Positions 13,191 through 25,071 of a stretch of DNA of 64,000 nt are shown one piece after another. The stretch comes from Blepharisma stoltei ATCC 30299. Its lineage: Eukaryota > Protista > Ciliophora. Position 1 is the stretch's first letter; each line of letters opens with the position of its first letter. The DNA lies in assembly GCA_965603825.1 (NCBI GenBank), contig CBFDEM010000048.1, forward strand, positions 1 to 64,000. The letters are read 5' to 3'. Under the pieces are notes generated by a model. It worked only from the letters and a program-made list of their open reading frames with translations, was not told where the DNA came from and ran no database searches. A program made the translations under genes and the position numbers.

Positions 13191-13416
13191 TCATACGCCT
13201 CCTTTAAGTGATTGATTTTTTTTCATGGATTTTGTTTATTTCTTGGATATTAACTAAGCCTTCTTGCGTTGCAGAAAACTTAATTCAGCTTTAACTTTGA
13301 ATTTTCTTAATTTTTCAATATTTTCTTAATAATCTATTTCTTTTTCAGTAAATCTTTTCTCTTTCCAATAAATCAGCAAGTCAGGGCGGCCTTTTCCGAT
13401 CTCGGCTCATTAATCT

Positions 13417-13575
13417 CATAAGCGTGGGTTTTCTAATGTTGGGAATGCCTGCTATTTAAATGCACTTCTACAAGTATTATCAAGTACTCCAGATTTTGAC
13501 CAAAAATTATCTTCAAATTTTAAAAATATTAGCTTCAATGTCAAGAGTTATATCATGAGTCTAACAGATAGGTAG
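13417..13575 (+). pseudogene. Ubiquitin-specific protease (peptidase C19) Cys-box fragment
   Basis: HKRGFSNVGNACYLNALLQVLSSTPDF matches GLxNxGNTCYxNSxLQxL. No upstream ATG; TAG at 13573. Confidence 0.7.
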
Positions 13576-14147
13576 ACTTTCAATTTTTTCACTGAAATAA
13601 AAAGCTTCAGCTATATTTATTTTAAGAATTTTGCATAGTAATAAATACATAGTTAATGATTACTCAGAAAATGACCCAAAAGAGCTTTACTTATGATTAA
13701 TAGGCCTTTTGCCAGACTACAAGAAAATTCTATGCAAACTATGTCACGATTTTTTGAATTTAGAAGAGCCATCTCTCTTTTGCATTCTAAAAATACATCA
13801 AAAAAAATTGACAAAAAATTAAAAGCCTTGAAGAAGAAAAAGAGTATAGAGGGGAAAATTTGTTGCATTGTGAAAATTTCTCGGTAAATATGAAATGGTA
13901 ATGGACACTTTTGAGATAAATATATTATAGTAGTCGGTGTAAGCTATTTGCATATAGTTAGATAATGCAAAGCGAATAAAATATAATATTGACCATATTA
14001 GCTGCTCATCACCTGATTTCGAACATGCCCATATGTTGTTTTAAAAAATGACTTAAGAAATGTTTACAAGCCTATATAAATGCATTTAACTTTTACTTAA
14101 ATAACATAATTTTTATAGAAGGTATATAAATAATTATCCTTAATAAA

Positions 14148-14345
14148 ATGAAATCGGAGAATGCAAGAATTTAATAAGCTCAAACAAACCCGTATGCAAG
14201 GAATCGAAGTTAGCATAGGACAAGTTTTTCCCATTGGAATTGACTGCTGATCGGCCTCCAGGAACTCTTTTTGAAGGTGAGAAATTTTGGTTCGATCAAA
14301 TTTTCCCTTTCAATTTCCAAGTTTTTGTTCAGCAAGCTTAGATTC
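14148..14345 (+). pseudogene. Ubiquitin-conjugating enzyme E2 N-terminal relic
   Basis: Across frameshifts: RRMQEFNKL...GIEV / FSHWN.LLIG / PPGTLFEGEKFWFDQIFPFQFP, matching GPxGTPYEGGxFxLxIxFPxxYP. Confidence 0.6.
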
Positions 14346-14362
14346 TAAATAATATTCTTTCC

Positions 14363-14448
14363 TTAGGCCAAGACCGTATTGAACTACTCAAAAAAATGCA
14401 GATTTAAAATAAAATTTATTTATAATAAGCCGTCATTATAATAATTAT
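14363..14448 (+). repeat. Dispersed duplicate of the Kelch-TPR gene's last codons and 3' flank (12846-12930)
   Basis: ttaggccaagaccgtattgaactactcaaaaaaatgcagatttaaa...gtcattataataattat closely matches 12846-12930. Confidence 0.85.
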
Positions 14449-16545
14449 TGGAATGTTTTAGGCGGGAGGAGTTACGAGATACTTTAGTTTTAATTTGAAG
14501 GAAAGAATATTAATTGAGCTGCATTAAAATTTGCTAACAAATAGATTAAATTTAATAATTGTTTGTTTTAACTCTTAACTCTTTATAATCTTTTTATTGA
14601 TCCATCTTGTTCATTTACCCATGCCTTCATAAGCTAACGTTTGGGGGTAAAATGCCCGCTAATATGATAGATGGCGCAGGCTCTAAATTAAGCGAAATGG
14701 TTGACTGCGATAGTCAGTAGAATTTATTCTTCAATTTTATTAATATATTTTAGCCTTATATCTAAAAACCAAAAATGCTTATTGATCTTGTTAGCATTGA
14801 CTTTGTGTTAGAGGGTTTTTTGTTTGTAGTAAGCTATTTATATTGCATCTCTAATTTATTAATTTATAAAAATGCAGATAGGTCAATAGCTCACCATTAA
14901 TATGACTAAATTATAATAAGAGAGGTTTTAGAATATTCCCACTAGGAATAGCAATAGCAAAACTATATCCTATACATAAATTTAATTGGTAAATAGAGTT
15001 AAAAGAAAAATTGAAAAAAAACTATTTAGGTCCATTCGAAGCTTATAGATTTATTTAAATTGCTTGCTAATATATAAATGGTTAAGATTGGAATTTTTAT
15101 GCATTCTCACACAAATTTTTGGCTCCGAATTTCTAATTCCTTCAAATGTAAAACTTTCCAAGTCAAATCGAAATGATATTGAATTCCCCAAATAAAATAT
15201 TTATTTTTAAAAAATTAATCTTATTGATAGTAATGAAAAAAGTGAGGAAATAAACTGAGCCTTCATAATAAGTTGCAAAATAATGCTCTAAATACATGCT
15301 TCTAACAAAAGCAATAAAATTCCAACCTGAAAAAAGGTTATCACAGCAATAAATTTCATTTGCATAAGATAATTAACTAATAAATCTATCGCATTTAATC
15401 AGTACTTGTTGTGGAATTTCTTCGCATTTCGTATTTGGTAAATGATTAGTAAAAGAATCCATAAAAATACCATATACTCGTATTTTAGGCATAATCTTCG
15501 AAAATAGAATTTTCCGTAAGACTGTCAAACAAAAGAAGGCACAGCTAAATTGGCTCACTTATTTTGCAGTATTAAATACCTTTTAATCGAATTTGATTGA
15601 TTCTCATAATTCTAATTCATTTCTGAAATATCGGCTTCGAATGTAAAAATAGAAATATAATAAAATCAGAAGGCAATATTTTTACCTTGAGAAATGGTTT
15701 TAATTTGAAGTTGCTATTGTTTTAATATTTAAATTTTCATCTGATATAAATAAATACTGCAATTCTTCTCAGTTTTTACCCTAAAAAATTGATTGTTGGG
15801 AGAACTTTGATAGGTGTCTGAAAATTCTTTAGAAAAATCTGTTGAAAGTGAGCAAATCCTATATACTCTAACGGCATAATTTTTGATTTTATATATCCTG
15901 AATTTTCTACAAGTTTTTTTTTTTTCAAAATATTTATTTCTTGTTTGAATAAGTGCAAAAGTTTTTGATTACATGTGAAGATGCAAAATTCTGCAGTCTG
16001 GCAATAAAGATGCTTTTCTGAGTTCAGACTTAGTCAATCGAAAGATGAAGAATCTAAAGGGTAAAAGTCTCATCCATAGGAGATGATGATGACGTTAATA
16101 TCTTGACTGAATTTTTATCTGAAAAATTAATTTCAAAAGACTCAAATCGATTTATATCAGAACCATTTAGATTTTATCAGAAATTATTGAGGCAGTCTCC
16201 GAGAAGGCATATAATAATTTTAGAATTAAACCTTAAACCTTAAATCTTGAATCTTAAATCTTGTTTTTTATTTTCCATTTTAGAAGCTGAAGTTATTTTT
16301 AACAATATTAAAGATTAATATTTAATAATACTCAAAATGCCAACATATGTTGATTAAATAAATTTGATTTGTTTTAAAGTAAAAAACGATAATTAGCATT
16401 TAACTTTCTTATAAAATTGCTATAATATGCTTAATTTGATTCCAAGTATTATTGAATCAAGAAAATTTGTAAAAATATATGATTTTCTAGATTTGTGCTT
16501 TTTTAAAGAATAAACAAGCAATTTAAATTCTAAATCTCGTATAAT

Positions 16546-17694
16546 TTAAAGTTGTGTTTGTCTTAAAATATTGCCATTTAACTCTTTTACAGCTTCTTGG
16601 TAAGCGAGAATTTTGTCATTGATTTCACTTACAAGCTCTCCAAGTCCAGTACCATACTTCGCACTTACTTTAGTTACTTTTCTCCCTAGCTGTTGCTCAA
16701 AAGCAGTGAGCTCGTCTTTGTTGTCTACAAGATCAACTTTATTCAAAATAATCAAACAAGGCTTCTTGACTAATTTTTCGTCATAAAGTTTCAGCTCACT
16801 ATACAGTGTAACAAGAGTGTTTCCAGGATCCTGTGTAATATCTAGCACATAAATCAGCATCTTTGTCCTTTGGATATGCTTTAAAAATTCATGGCCAAGA
16901 CCTTTGTTCTCGCTCGCGCCTTCAATCAAACCTGGCATGTCAGCTATACTGATTCGAGATCCATCAATAAACTCAAGATTTCCTACATATGGGTGAAGGG
17001 TTGTAAATGGGTATGAAGCTATTTTTGGACAAGCCCTTGTAAGAGATGCAAGCAAAGAAGTCTTCCCTGCATTGGGAAATCCAACCAACCCTACATCTGC
17101 AATTAATTTAAGTTCAAGTGAAAGCACTTTTTTCTGACACTGGCCGCCGCTTTCTTTTTCAGTGACTGATGGGAAATCTTTATTTCCTTTTCCTCCAAGT
17201 CCACCTTTGGCTACTAGAATTTTGTCAGGCTTATCAAAATTCCCAATAGTTCGATGCTGGCCTAGAGGATTTACTTCTTTTACCAAAGTACCGATTGGGA
17301 CCTTTATTGTGACACATTCTCCTTTTTTTCCGTGGCAATCAGCGCCTTGTCCATTCTGTCCATCTTCAGCCCTGAATTCTTTAGGAAGCCTAAGTGTTTT
17401 TATATCTCTGAGAGATTCTATATAAACATCGCCTCCTCTTCCTCCATTTCCTCCACATGGAAATTTTCCTCTGCTCCCTCTTGGCTTATAAAGTGCATAG
17501 CAGCCATCTCCACCTCTTCCTGACTGAACTTTAATAGTAATGTGGTCAACAAAAGGTTTATCCAATTTCAGCACATTTTCAGATAGTTGCTCAAGGTTTG
17601 TAACTGGAGGCTCAATTTCACTTTCGGAGTCACTAGAGCTAATTAGTGGGAAAAATTTGCTCCCAAAGAATCTTCGAAATACTCGCAAAGCCAT
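16546..17694 (-). CDS. Obg-family GTPase, probably mitochondrial (MTG2/GTPBP5-like)
   Basis: Gly-rich Obg fold (SGRGGDG, GGNGGRGGDV), G1 GFPNAGKT, G2 YPFTTL, G3 DMPG, G4 NKVD. Arg-rich presequence-like N-terminus. Confidence 0.92.
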   Translation of the reverse strand: MALRVFRRFFGSKFFPLISSSDSESEIEPPVTNLEQLSENVLKLDKPFVDHITIKVQSGRGGDGCYALYKPRGSRGKFPCGGNGGRGGDVYIESLRDIKTLRLPKEFRAEDGQNGQGADCHGKKGECVTIKVPIGTLVKEVNPLGQHRTIGNFDKPDKILVAKGGLGGKGNKDFPSVTEKESGGQCQKKVLSLELKLIADVGLVGFPNAGKTSLLASLTRACPKIASYPFTTLHPYVGNLEFIDGSRISIADMPGLIEGASENKGLGHEFLKHIQRTKMLIYVLDITQDPGNTLVTLYSELKLYDEKLVKKPCLIILNKVDLVDNKDELTAFEQQLGRKVTKVSAKYGTGLGELVSEINDKILAYQEAVKELNGNILRQTQL

Positions 17695-17780
17695 TTCTAA
17701 GAAAATAATGAGCTAACTTAATAATTTAAAATATTTACTCTTTTCAATGAAGTATTTGCAACTCATCAAAACTGCTGTAG

Positions 17781-19058
17781 TTACAAGTTAAATAGCGTTG
17801 TGGTCTCTGATATGCAATCTTCATTACTTGAGTCTTCTGTAGTGGCATTATATTTGGATGTGTCACTTTGGCTAAAATCTGTTTCTTTTTTCTTGAGTCA
17901 TAAGTTTCGCAGCGCTTGACTTGCAGTGGGTCTTAACTTTGGATTAACACTGGTTAAATCCAAAATCATATCAATTGCTGCAGGAGAAACTTCATCCCAT
18001 ATTGCTCCCTTGAAAGATATTTTGCATTCTTTATTGTTTTGTAAAATTGTTGATTTATCATCTCCTGAAAAAGGCTTTTTGCCTGATAGAAGTATATACA
18101 AGATTATCCCAGTGCTAAAAATATCAGCCTTATACCCATAAGGAATCTGAGATATTACTTCTGGAGCGATATATCCAGGTGAACCACAATAGGTAGTAAT
18201 ATCTTTTTGATATTTACAAGAAAGTCCAAAATCAATCAATTTAAAATCAAAATTATTTGGGTCATTGCTCATCATGACGATGTTATCTAGTTTGATGTCT
18301 CTATGTATCACTGAGCTTGATTCTAAATATACAAGGACTTCTAAAAATTTTTTTATAAAGCTGGATGCTGCATCTTCTGAAAGGTTTTTTAAAGAAGATA
18401 CCCTTTGCACCATATTACCGCCAGGCACATAGTCCAGCACCAGATAAACATACTGATTGCTTTCGTAAACTTTATGTAATTTCACGATGTTGGGGTGATT
18501 TAACTTTCTCATAACTTTGATTTCTTCGAAAATTGCCTTGTATCCATATTTGGTTTTTCCTAAAAAAATTTTGTCAATGCATTTAATTGCATAGGATTTG
18601 GAAGTTTCATTATCTACTCCTAAAAATACAACTGAAAAAGTACCTCTGCCAATTTCTTTAATTAATGTAAAATCATTTTCTATGGTACTCATGATACCAA
18701 TTTGAGATAAATTGTCAAGCCATTTGTTTAAGGAATCCTCTGAGGGAGCATAAAAGTCTCTGTAGCAGTCATCATAGCCGACTCTCAGTACAAAACTAGT
18801 GACATCATCATTGAATTCTATGAAAGGCTCAATGCTCTTTCATTTTAAGTCACAACGTTTTGTAAGTAAGTGGGTTATTGGATTTTCTTTAAATAGTCTA
18901 TTTTGTTCTAGAATAAAATGATTCTTTTTCAGACCTGATTTTGTAACTTCAATCAGGTCACCTTCATATAATATTTGTGTAGAAAAATGCTTGCAAGGTA
19001 GCCAGAACTTTCTGTCTTCATCAACATCTTGGTCAGCGTAGAGAAATATTGAATTCAT
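17781..19058 (-). CDS. PH-like domain plus CAMK-group Ser/Thr kinase
   Basis: ORFs 18840 and 17898 join through TGA (CDLK-W-KSIEPF; paralogs have TGG in LKWK and IKWK). HRD, DFG and APE present. Reads through TGA 17898 to TAA 17781-17783. Confidence 0.88.
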
Positions 19059-19333
19059 TTTAAATTTATTAGCCAAAAAAAAAAGGAAGCGATTTGATTT
19101 GTAATCAAGAGAAATCGAAAGAGATTAATACTTGTGTATAATGCTTATACAAGTTAAAGCAACTAGTTTCCTGTCTTTTGTCTATTTTTAACTCGTTTTA
19201 AAAAAAAATTAATTTAAATTGCATTGAGTGTTTCGAAACCTTCACAAATTTGTAATAAAGTAGAGAGTTCATAGTTTTGATACGACAACAGAGATTTTGC
19301 AGTATCCTTAAAGATAGAAATTAAATTATCTAA

Positions 19334-20752
19334 TTACATATGTATTTTTTGGAAAACTTCCACAAACTCTCCAAGAGAAATTTGCGACTGTATATTTTTG
19401 CCAATTTCACTCATAATTTTATGAAGATGCTTGTCGTTCATTTTGTGTCCTGACCTTTCAAAAGCAATTTTAATATCATTTGATGTGATATAGCCTTTCT
19501 TTTCTGCATCAATATGCTGAAAAGTAAGCCATATCTCTTCATGCTGAAGATGATGCTTTGACGCTACAACAGCAGCTAAAAATTCTGAATGGTTAATTTT
19601 TCCATTCTTATCAATAGCGATTGATTTCATTAATTCTTTAATTTCTTTTCTTGCTAGTTGATATCCTGAATTTTTTAGAGCTTTATTCAATGTTTTCATC
19701 GTAATGAATCCATTAACTTCTAAATCTAAAAACATTGAATTAAGCTCCATAATTTCGTCGACGCTTAATAATTTCACTAGTATGCTCAACGCTTCTTTTT
19801 GAAAATTCGAAATTTTACTGTACTCTTGAAAGGCCTTTAAGGTCGATTGATCCATATGAACTGGCTGTTTATTTAGGGGAGAAAACCAAGGATGAGCTAA
19901 TGCTTCACTAGCTGAAAGTCTTTGGAAATGATTAACACAAAGAAGCTTTTTTAATAGGTCTTTAGCTTCAGCCGAAATGCTCTCCCATATTTTATCTTCG
20001 ATATTTATATCTCCTTTTTCTATTTGTTTGTAAATTTCGCATTCAAATTTTGAATGGAAAGGAAAATTGCCGCTAAGCATTGCATACATAATTACCCCGA
20101 TGCTCCATATGTCACATTTAAAGGTATAGCACCCATTAATAACCTCAGGTGCCATATAATGGGTAGTTCCAACTGCTATTCTGAAAGTATCTGACCGCCT
20201 AGTAAAGCGACTTGACAGTCCAAAATCTGCAAGCTTTAGCATCGCTCCTTCTTCACTTTTGCAAAAAAGGAAATTAGCAGGCTTTAAATCTCTATGTACA
20301 ATTTTGTTATCATGCAGGTAATTTACTGCTAATAAAATTTGCTTCAAAATAATTCTCGTTTGATCTTCATCAAAATTCCCTGCATTAATTATTTTTTTGA
20401 AAAGGTCGCCACCACAACAATTTTCCATGACGATATTAATGTATTGGTCATCTTCGTAGGCTTCATAAAACCTTATTATATTTGGGTGATCGAGTTTTGC
20501 CAATATCTCAATCTCTCTTTTAAGTGCATTGTCCATTCCGTGGAGAAGACTTTTCGATATTGATTTTATTGCGACCTTTATTTTACTTCCTTTAGCTTGA
20601 GCCTCTCTAACGATTCCAAATCTCCCAGTCCCTATAACTTTACCGAAATTATATACAGATCTTATTGGGATATTTTTGATTGTCATCGGAATATCAAGGC
20701 TCGAAAAATCAAGCATTGTGCTGAATTGTCGTTTACTTACATTGACGCCCAT
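19334..20752 (-). CDS. Calcium-dependent protein kinase (CDPK)-like, four partly degenerate EF-hands
   Basis: First ATG 20752 (MGVNVSK, possible myristoylation). Kinase motifs GTGRFG, HRDLKPAN, DFG, APE, then junction and calmodulin-like domain. Confidence 0.9.
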   Translation of the reverse strand: MGVNVSKRQFSTMLDFSSLDIPMTIKNIPIRSVYNFGKVIGTGRFGIVREAQAKGSKIKVAIKSISKSLLHGMDNALKREIEILAKLDHPNIIRFYEAYEDDQYINIVMENCCGGDLFKKIINAGNFDEDQTRIILKQILLAVNYLHDNKIVHRDLKPANFLFCKSEEGAMLKLADFGLSSRFTRRSDTFRIAVGTTHYMAPEVINGCYTFKCDIWSIGVIMYAMLSGNFPFHSKFECEIYKQIEKGDINIEDKIWESISAEAKDLLKKLLCVNHFQRLSASEALAHPWFSPLNKQPVHMDQSTLKAFQEYSKISNFQKEALSILVKLLSVDEIMELNSMFLDLEVNGFITMKTLNKALKNSGYQLARKEIKELMKSIAIDKNGKINHSEFLAAVVASKHHLQHEEIWLTFQHIDAEKKGYITSNDIKIAFERSGHKMNDKHLHKIMSEIGKNIQSQISLGEFVEVFQKIHM

Positions 20753-21049
20753 TTTATTTAAGAAAATTACTAAGTAAATATGGCTACTGCAATACTGAGT
20801 TAATTTCTGAATAAGAAATGCTAAAGTTTCAAAATAAATTTCGAAAATGATTTTTATTTGGCAAGCTAAAAACAAAAAAAATATAAATTTAATTTGATTT
20901 GATTAAATTAGGATTTTGACCATCTTTAAAAAACATTTATAATTAGAAAATACTAAAGTTTGGCATAAATTAGTGTACTGATAAAGAATTTATTAAATTA
21001 TATATATTTAAGAAATCTGATTTAAATAAGATATTTAAAAAAAATTATT

Positions 21050-22408
21050 TTAAGAAATAGCTGAATTTGTAATCGCTGTTGATTGGGGTAGTTGAGAATA
21101 ATATAAAACTTGAATGTTTAGCTCATTCAAGTAGAATTGATGATCAGCTTGGCTTTCAACAAAATGACATTCATTACTTGTTTTTGTGAGCAAATATGAT
21201 AATGGTGACAAATTGATTGAATAATAATTGCTTTCGTCTTGTGGCTTATGAAATATTTGATTCCTTAGAGCATGCTTGGCTTCGGATCTTAATCTAGGAT
21301 CTTTTGTTGTTAGATTCTGAATCATGCAGATTGTTTGGATATTAATCGATATCCAACACTTTTCATTGAACTGAATATTACAATTAAGATTTTTATTGTA
21401 AATCTCATTCGTAGTTTTACCTAAAAAAGGAATCCTGCCTGCAATAAGCGAAAAAAATACAACTCCAACGCTAAATACATCTACGTTAAAGCTATATTTC
21501 ATACCTAAAAGTATTTCTGGGGCAACATATCCTAATGACCCACATTTTCCCTCTAAGAAATTTTCGCATTCACTAGCCAATCCAAAGTCGCCAAGTTTGA
21601 AATCATTATTGCTATCAGAATTTACTAGAAATATATTTTCTAATTTGATATCTCTATGCACAATATTTAGCGATCTCATATATTCGACCACTTTTAATAA
21701 TTTTTGAATAAGTCCAATTGCATCTGCTTCTGAAAATCTTTTACATATTGACAGTTTTTTCCTTAGATCTCCGCCTTCTGCATATTCTAGCACCAGATAA
21801 ACGCTGTCATAGTCTTCATAAATCTTAAAAAGCTTGACAATATTAGGATGGTCAAGCCGTCTCATGATCTCTATTTCAGTCAGCAGCTGCTTAATACCAT
21901 TTTTTCTGTTACACAACTCAAACTTGCTGAAGCATTTTATTGCGTATTTTTTACCATTGGTGCTGTCAATAGCTAAAAAAACTGTGGCAAATGATCCTCT
22001 CCCTATTTCGTTCACAATTAAGTAATCTTTTTCGATATTGTCCATTATTCCTACTAGGCTTAGTTTATCAATCCACCTATTTAAATCTTCTTCATTATCC
22101 ACATAAAATGTCTTATAGTTATCTGAGTGGCCAATTTTGAACCCAAATTTTAATAATTCTTTGTTGTCTGTAAATGGTATCACCCTCTTCCATTTAAGAA
22201 TTGCCATAGTTTCAATAAAGTCCGAGCCTTGTGAGAGCCTAAGTAAGCAAGTGCTGCTAAGTAAGTAGTAGTTCAACTTTGATCCAATTTCAGTGATTTC
22301 TGTCAAATAGCCTTCATGAATGATAGGCAAGCAGACTTGATTATAAGGAAGCCAAAACGGTCTTCTTTGATCAAAATCGCTGTCTGCTTCTGAAAATATG
22401 GATAACAT
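21050..22408 (-). CDS. PH-like domain plus CAMK-group kinase (paralog)
   Basis: Complete ORF. Same MxSIF...FW...W architecture as the 17781 and 36703 genes; HRD, DFG, APE. Confidence 0.9.
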   Translation of the reverse strand: MLSIFSEADSDFDQRRPFWLPYNQVCLPIIHEGYLTEITEIGSKLNYYLLSSTCLLRLSQGSDFIETMAILKWKRVIPFTDNKELLKFGFKIGHSDNYKTFYVDNEEDLNRWIDKLSLVGIMDNIEKDYLIVNEIGRGSFATVFLAIDSTNGKKYAIKCFSKFELCNRKNGIKQLLTEIEIMRRLDHPNIVKLFKIYEDYDSVYLVLEYAEGGDLRKKLSICKRFSEADAIGLIQKLLKVVEYMRSLNIVHRDIKLENIFLVNSDSNNDFKLGDFGLASECENFLEGKCGSLGYVAPEILLGMKYSFNVDVFSVGVVFFSLIAGRIPFLGKTTNEIYNKNLNCNIQFNEKCWISINIQTICMIQNLTTKDPRLRSEAKHALRNQIFHKPQDESNYYSINLSPLSYLLTKTSNECHFVESQADHQFYLNELNIQVLYYSQLPQSTAITNSAIS

Positions 22409-23241
22409 TTTATTAAATAAACAAAAAACAAATAGCTATTTTGAAAACTAAGCTTTATTTGTCTTTAATAACTTAGTTACTGGCTGGGAACTGAGAAAAT
22501 GGACGCCTAAAGACTTAATAAAAAAAACTTTATATTTGAGAAAAAGGGTTGAAGCCAAGATCAATTGAAAGCTGTTTTATATATAATTAATTTTTTGCAA
22601 TAATTTAGGCAGCGAAAACCTCAGATTAGCATATATTTCAAGAAAAAGCTGGGCGTTCGATAGGCTTTGTCCATTTTTCTATTTATGAAAATAATAACTT
22701 CTAAGAATTTGTATCAAATTCAAAGCAGCTATCTTAAAATATAGGGATATATATTAGAAGATCTCCGCATCTAAAAATATCTTTTTAGTTCTTATTCAAT
22801 GCAAATGCTTTTAGACTTTTTTCTTTATTATATTCTATGAAAATTATATAAATACAATTTTTATTTTTGCAATTAATATTACTTAATTGAATAAGCCTTT
22901 AAGATAAAAAGTGCGACCTTGGCAAGGCTTAGATCCAAATGCTGAATTTTAATTTAATGGATTGAGAAGTAGCCAAAAAATAATTTCTGGAAATTCTAAA
23001 TAATTACAAAAATGGATGCATAAGAAACATATTAATTTTTTAAAAATAGCAGTGGGTTACTTAAATTTATCGCATCCATCATGCCTGCTATAATTATGTT
23101 AAATAATTAATTTTATACATTTCAACAAAGAAATCAAATTATTTATAATTATCTGACCAATTTTATACATTGCTAATTAATAATTCATTTTTATAATCCA
23201 ACTCATACTTCAAGATTATCGAAATGCAGAATAAAAGATAA

Positions 23242-24801
23242 TTATTTAAAGGCATCACTTAAATCAAAGAACCTATTTCTTCCTTCATAAATTGAAAGAT
23301 ATGTTTCTAAATAAGCATCAAATGTATAACATTTTTTATGCTGGTACCCTCGGCAAAAGGAACAAAATTTTTGCTGGCAATTCTCGCAGCGAATAAAATG
23401 AGGACTTAACTCGCTACTTAATATCGAGTTTTTTGATTTTTCCTTGCAACTTGGGCATACAGTGTTATCACCTCGCCAGGTAAGTTTAAAGATCTGCAAA
23501 ACACAGACTTGCGATAACCCTAAATCTGCATGAATTATTCTTTTCAAATCTAGGACTGTCGGGCATACAGCACATAATAAATTCCTATAATTCTTTTCAG
23601 TAACAACTATGCATTCAATATGTTTTTTCATACATTCTTTATGATATATATGCTTGCATTCCAACTCAAAATAGATCTTACCTATAAAATTGTTGCAAAA
23701 TACACAATTTTTATAGGGTTCTAACTCGCTTTCTTCTGTTATTGGCGCATTTGAAATAGAAGTTTGAGATCAATCCTCAATATTATTTTCACCTAGGGAT
23801 CAATTAGAATAATTTTCAAGAGTAGTTTCACTTGATTCTACTTTATTCTCTCCTCACTTTTGACAATCTCTAGGTGATAAAATAACAATTGGCGCATCAT
23901 GTGCTAAAGTTTGAAATGAGTCAATTCTCAAGGACTGAATTATTTTGTATAATTCATGTGCGACATTTTGCATGTCTATCCTACTGCTTTCATCGTATCC
24001 CATCATTAATCTTATTAAATTTTTCAGCTGTGGTTGGTAATCTAAGGGTATTACCTTCTCATAATTTTCATTTATAGAAGCCATAATATCTGATTCTTGC
24101 TTTCAGCGGAAATCTATGCCAGGTTGGAGAGCTATGGTCTCAAGCATAGTCTTTCCTAACGCTCACACATCATCCTTTAGAGGGTTAATGCTTTTTGTTT
24201 CAGTCTTGCCTAGCCCAAACTTGTCAAGAAGATTAGGAGACATATAAAACTCTGTTCCGATGACTGTATTCGAGCTTCTTGTGCTAAAGGACTCATATCT
24301 GGAAGCACCAAAGTCTCCAAGCTTTAATATTTCGACATCAGATACAAAAATATTGTCTGGCTTTATATCTCTATGATACATTTTTGAGTTGTGAAGCCAA
24401 GCCAGCGCCTCAGCTATTCAGTAAAATTCCCAAACAATATAAGAATATGTAAAATGTGTTCCTTTTTCTCTTTGTTTCTCAATGAAATTAGTTAATGATC
24501 CTTTTTCACAGTATTCCATAAAAATTCATCTGTTGATGTTATTTCTAATATGATAGTAATATTTCACAATTGCTCTAGTTTTTTGGCTTGCTTCTTTTAG
24601 CAATTGAACTTCTCTTTGAAATTCATAATCACTTGCGTTTATTAGTCCTTTCAATATTGCTTTTTTTGGAAGACCAATTCCAGGAAGCCATCTATTAAAA
24701 CTAACAACTCAGATATATGCAGCGCCTGTGGTTGGAAATACAATTTCTCTGATGAAGTCCTGATAATAATCTTCGATAAATTCTTCAGATGATGTTTCCA
24801 T
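23242..24801 (-). CDS. Ser/Thr kinase fused to C-terminal RING and IBR-like zinc fingers, 519 aa
   Basis: One frame from ATG 24801 through TGAs: FMEYCEKGSL, YHRDIKPDN, LGDFG, DDV(W)ALG. Then CVFC...ECKHIYHKEC...CAVC and CPSC...RCENCQQKFCSFC...H. Confidence 0.82.
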
Positions 24802-25071
24802 TTTAGAATATCTAAATTTGGATTTCAAAGGATACATAATGATTGATATCGGTATATTTTACTAAGTATAAGTCCTTTATTCTAACCTAGAAAAAATATC
24901 TAAATATATTTTCTACAATAAATTCACATTATATATGAGCGAAAATGAAATCCCTTATATAAAAAGATGTTTACCTTTTATATTTAAAATTGGCATCCTT
25001 AAATAAAAGAAAATACTTTACTATGAGTTTGAGACACATCTAAAATAAAATCAAATAATAGAGCTAATTTA

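Noticed and set aside
14600-14720. Possible small ncRNA (TTTACCC..GGGTAAA and TGACT..AGTCA hairpins)
   Set aside because: Stems are short with no family motif; not distinguishable from decayed subtelomeric sequence.
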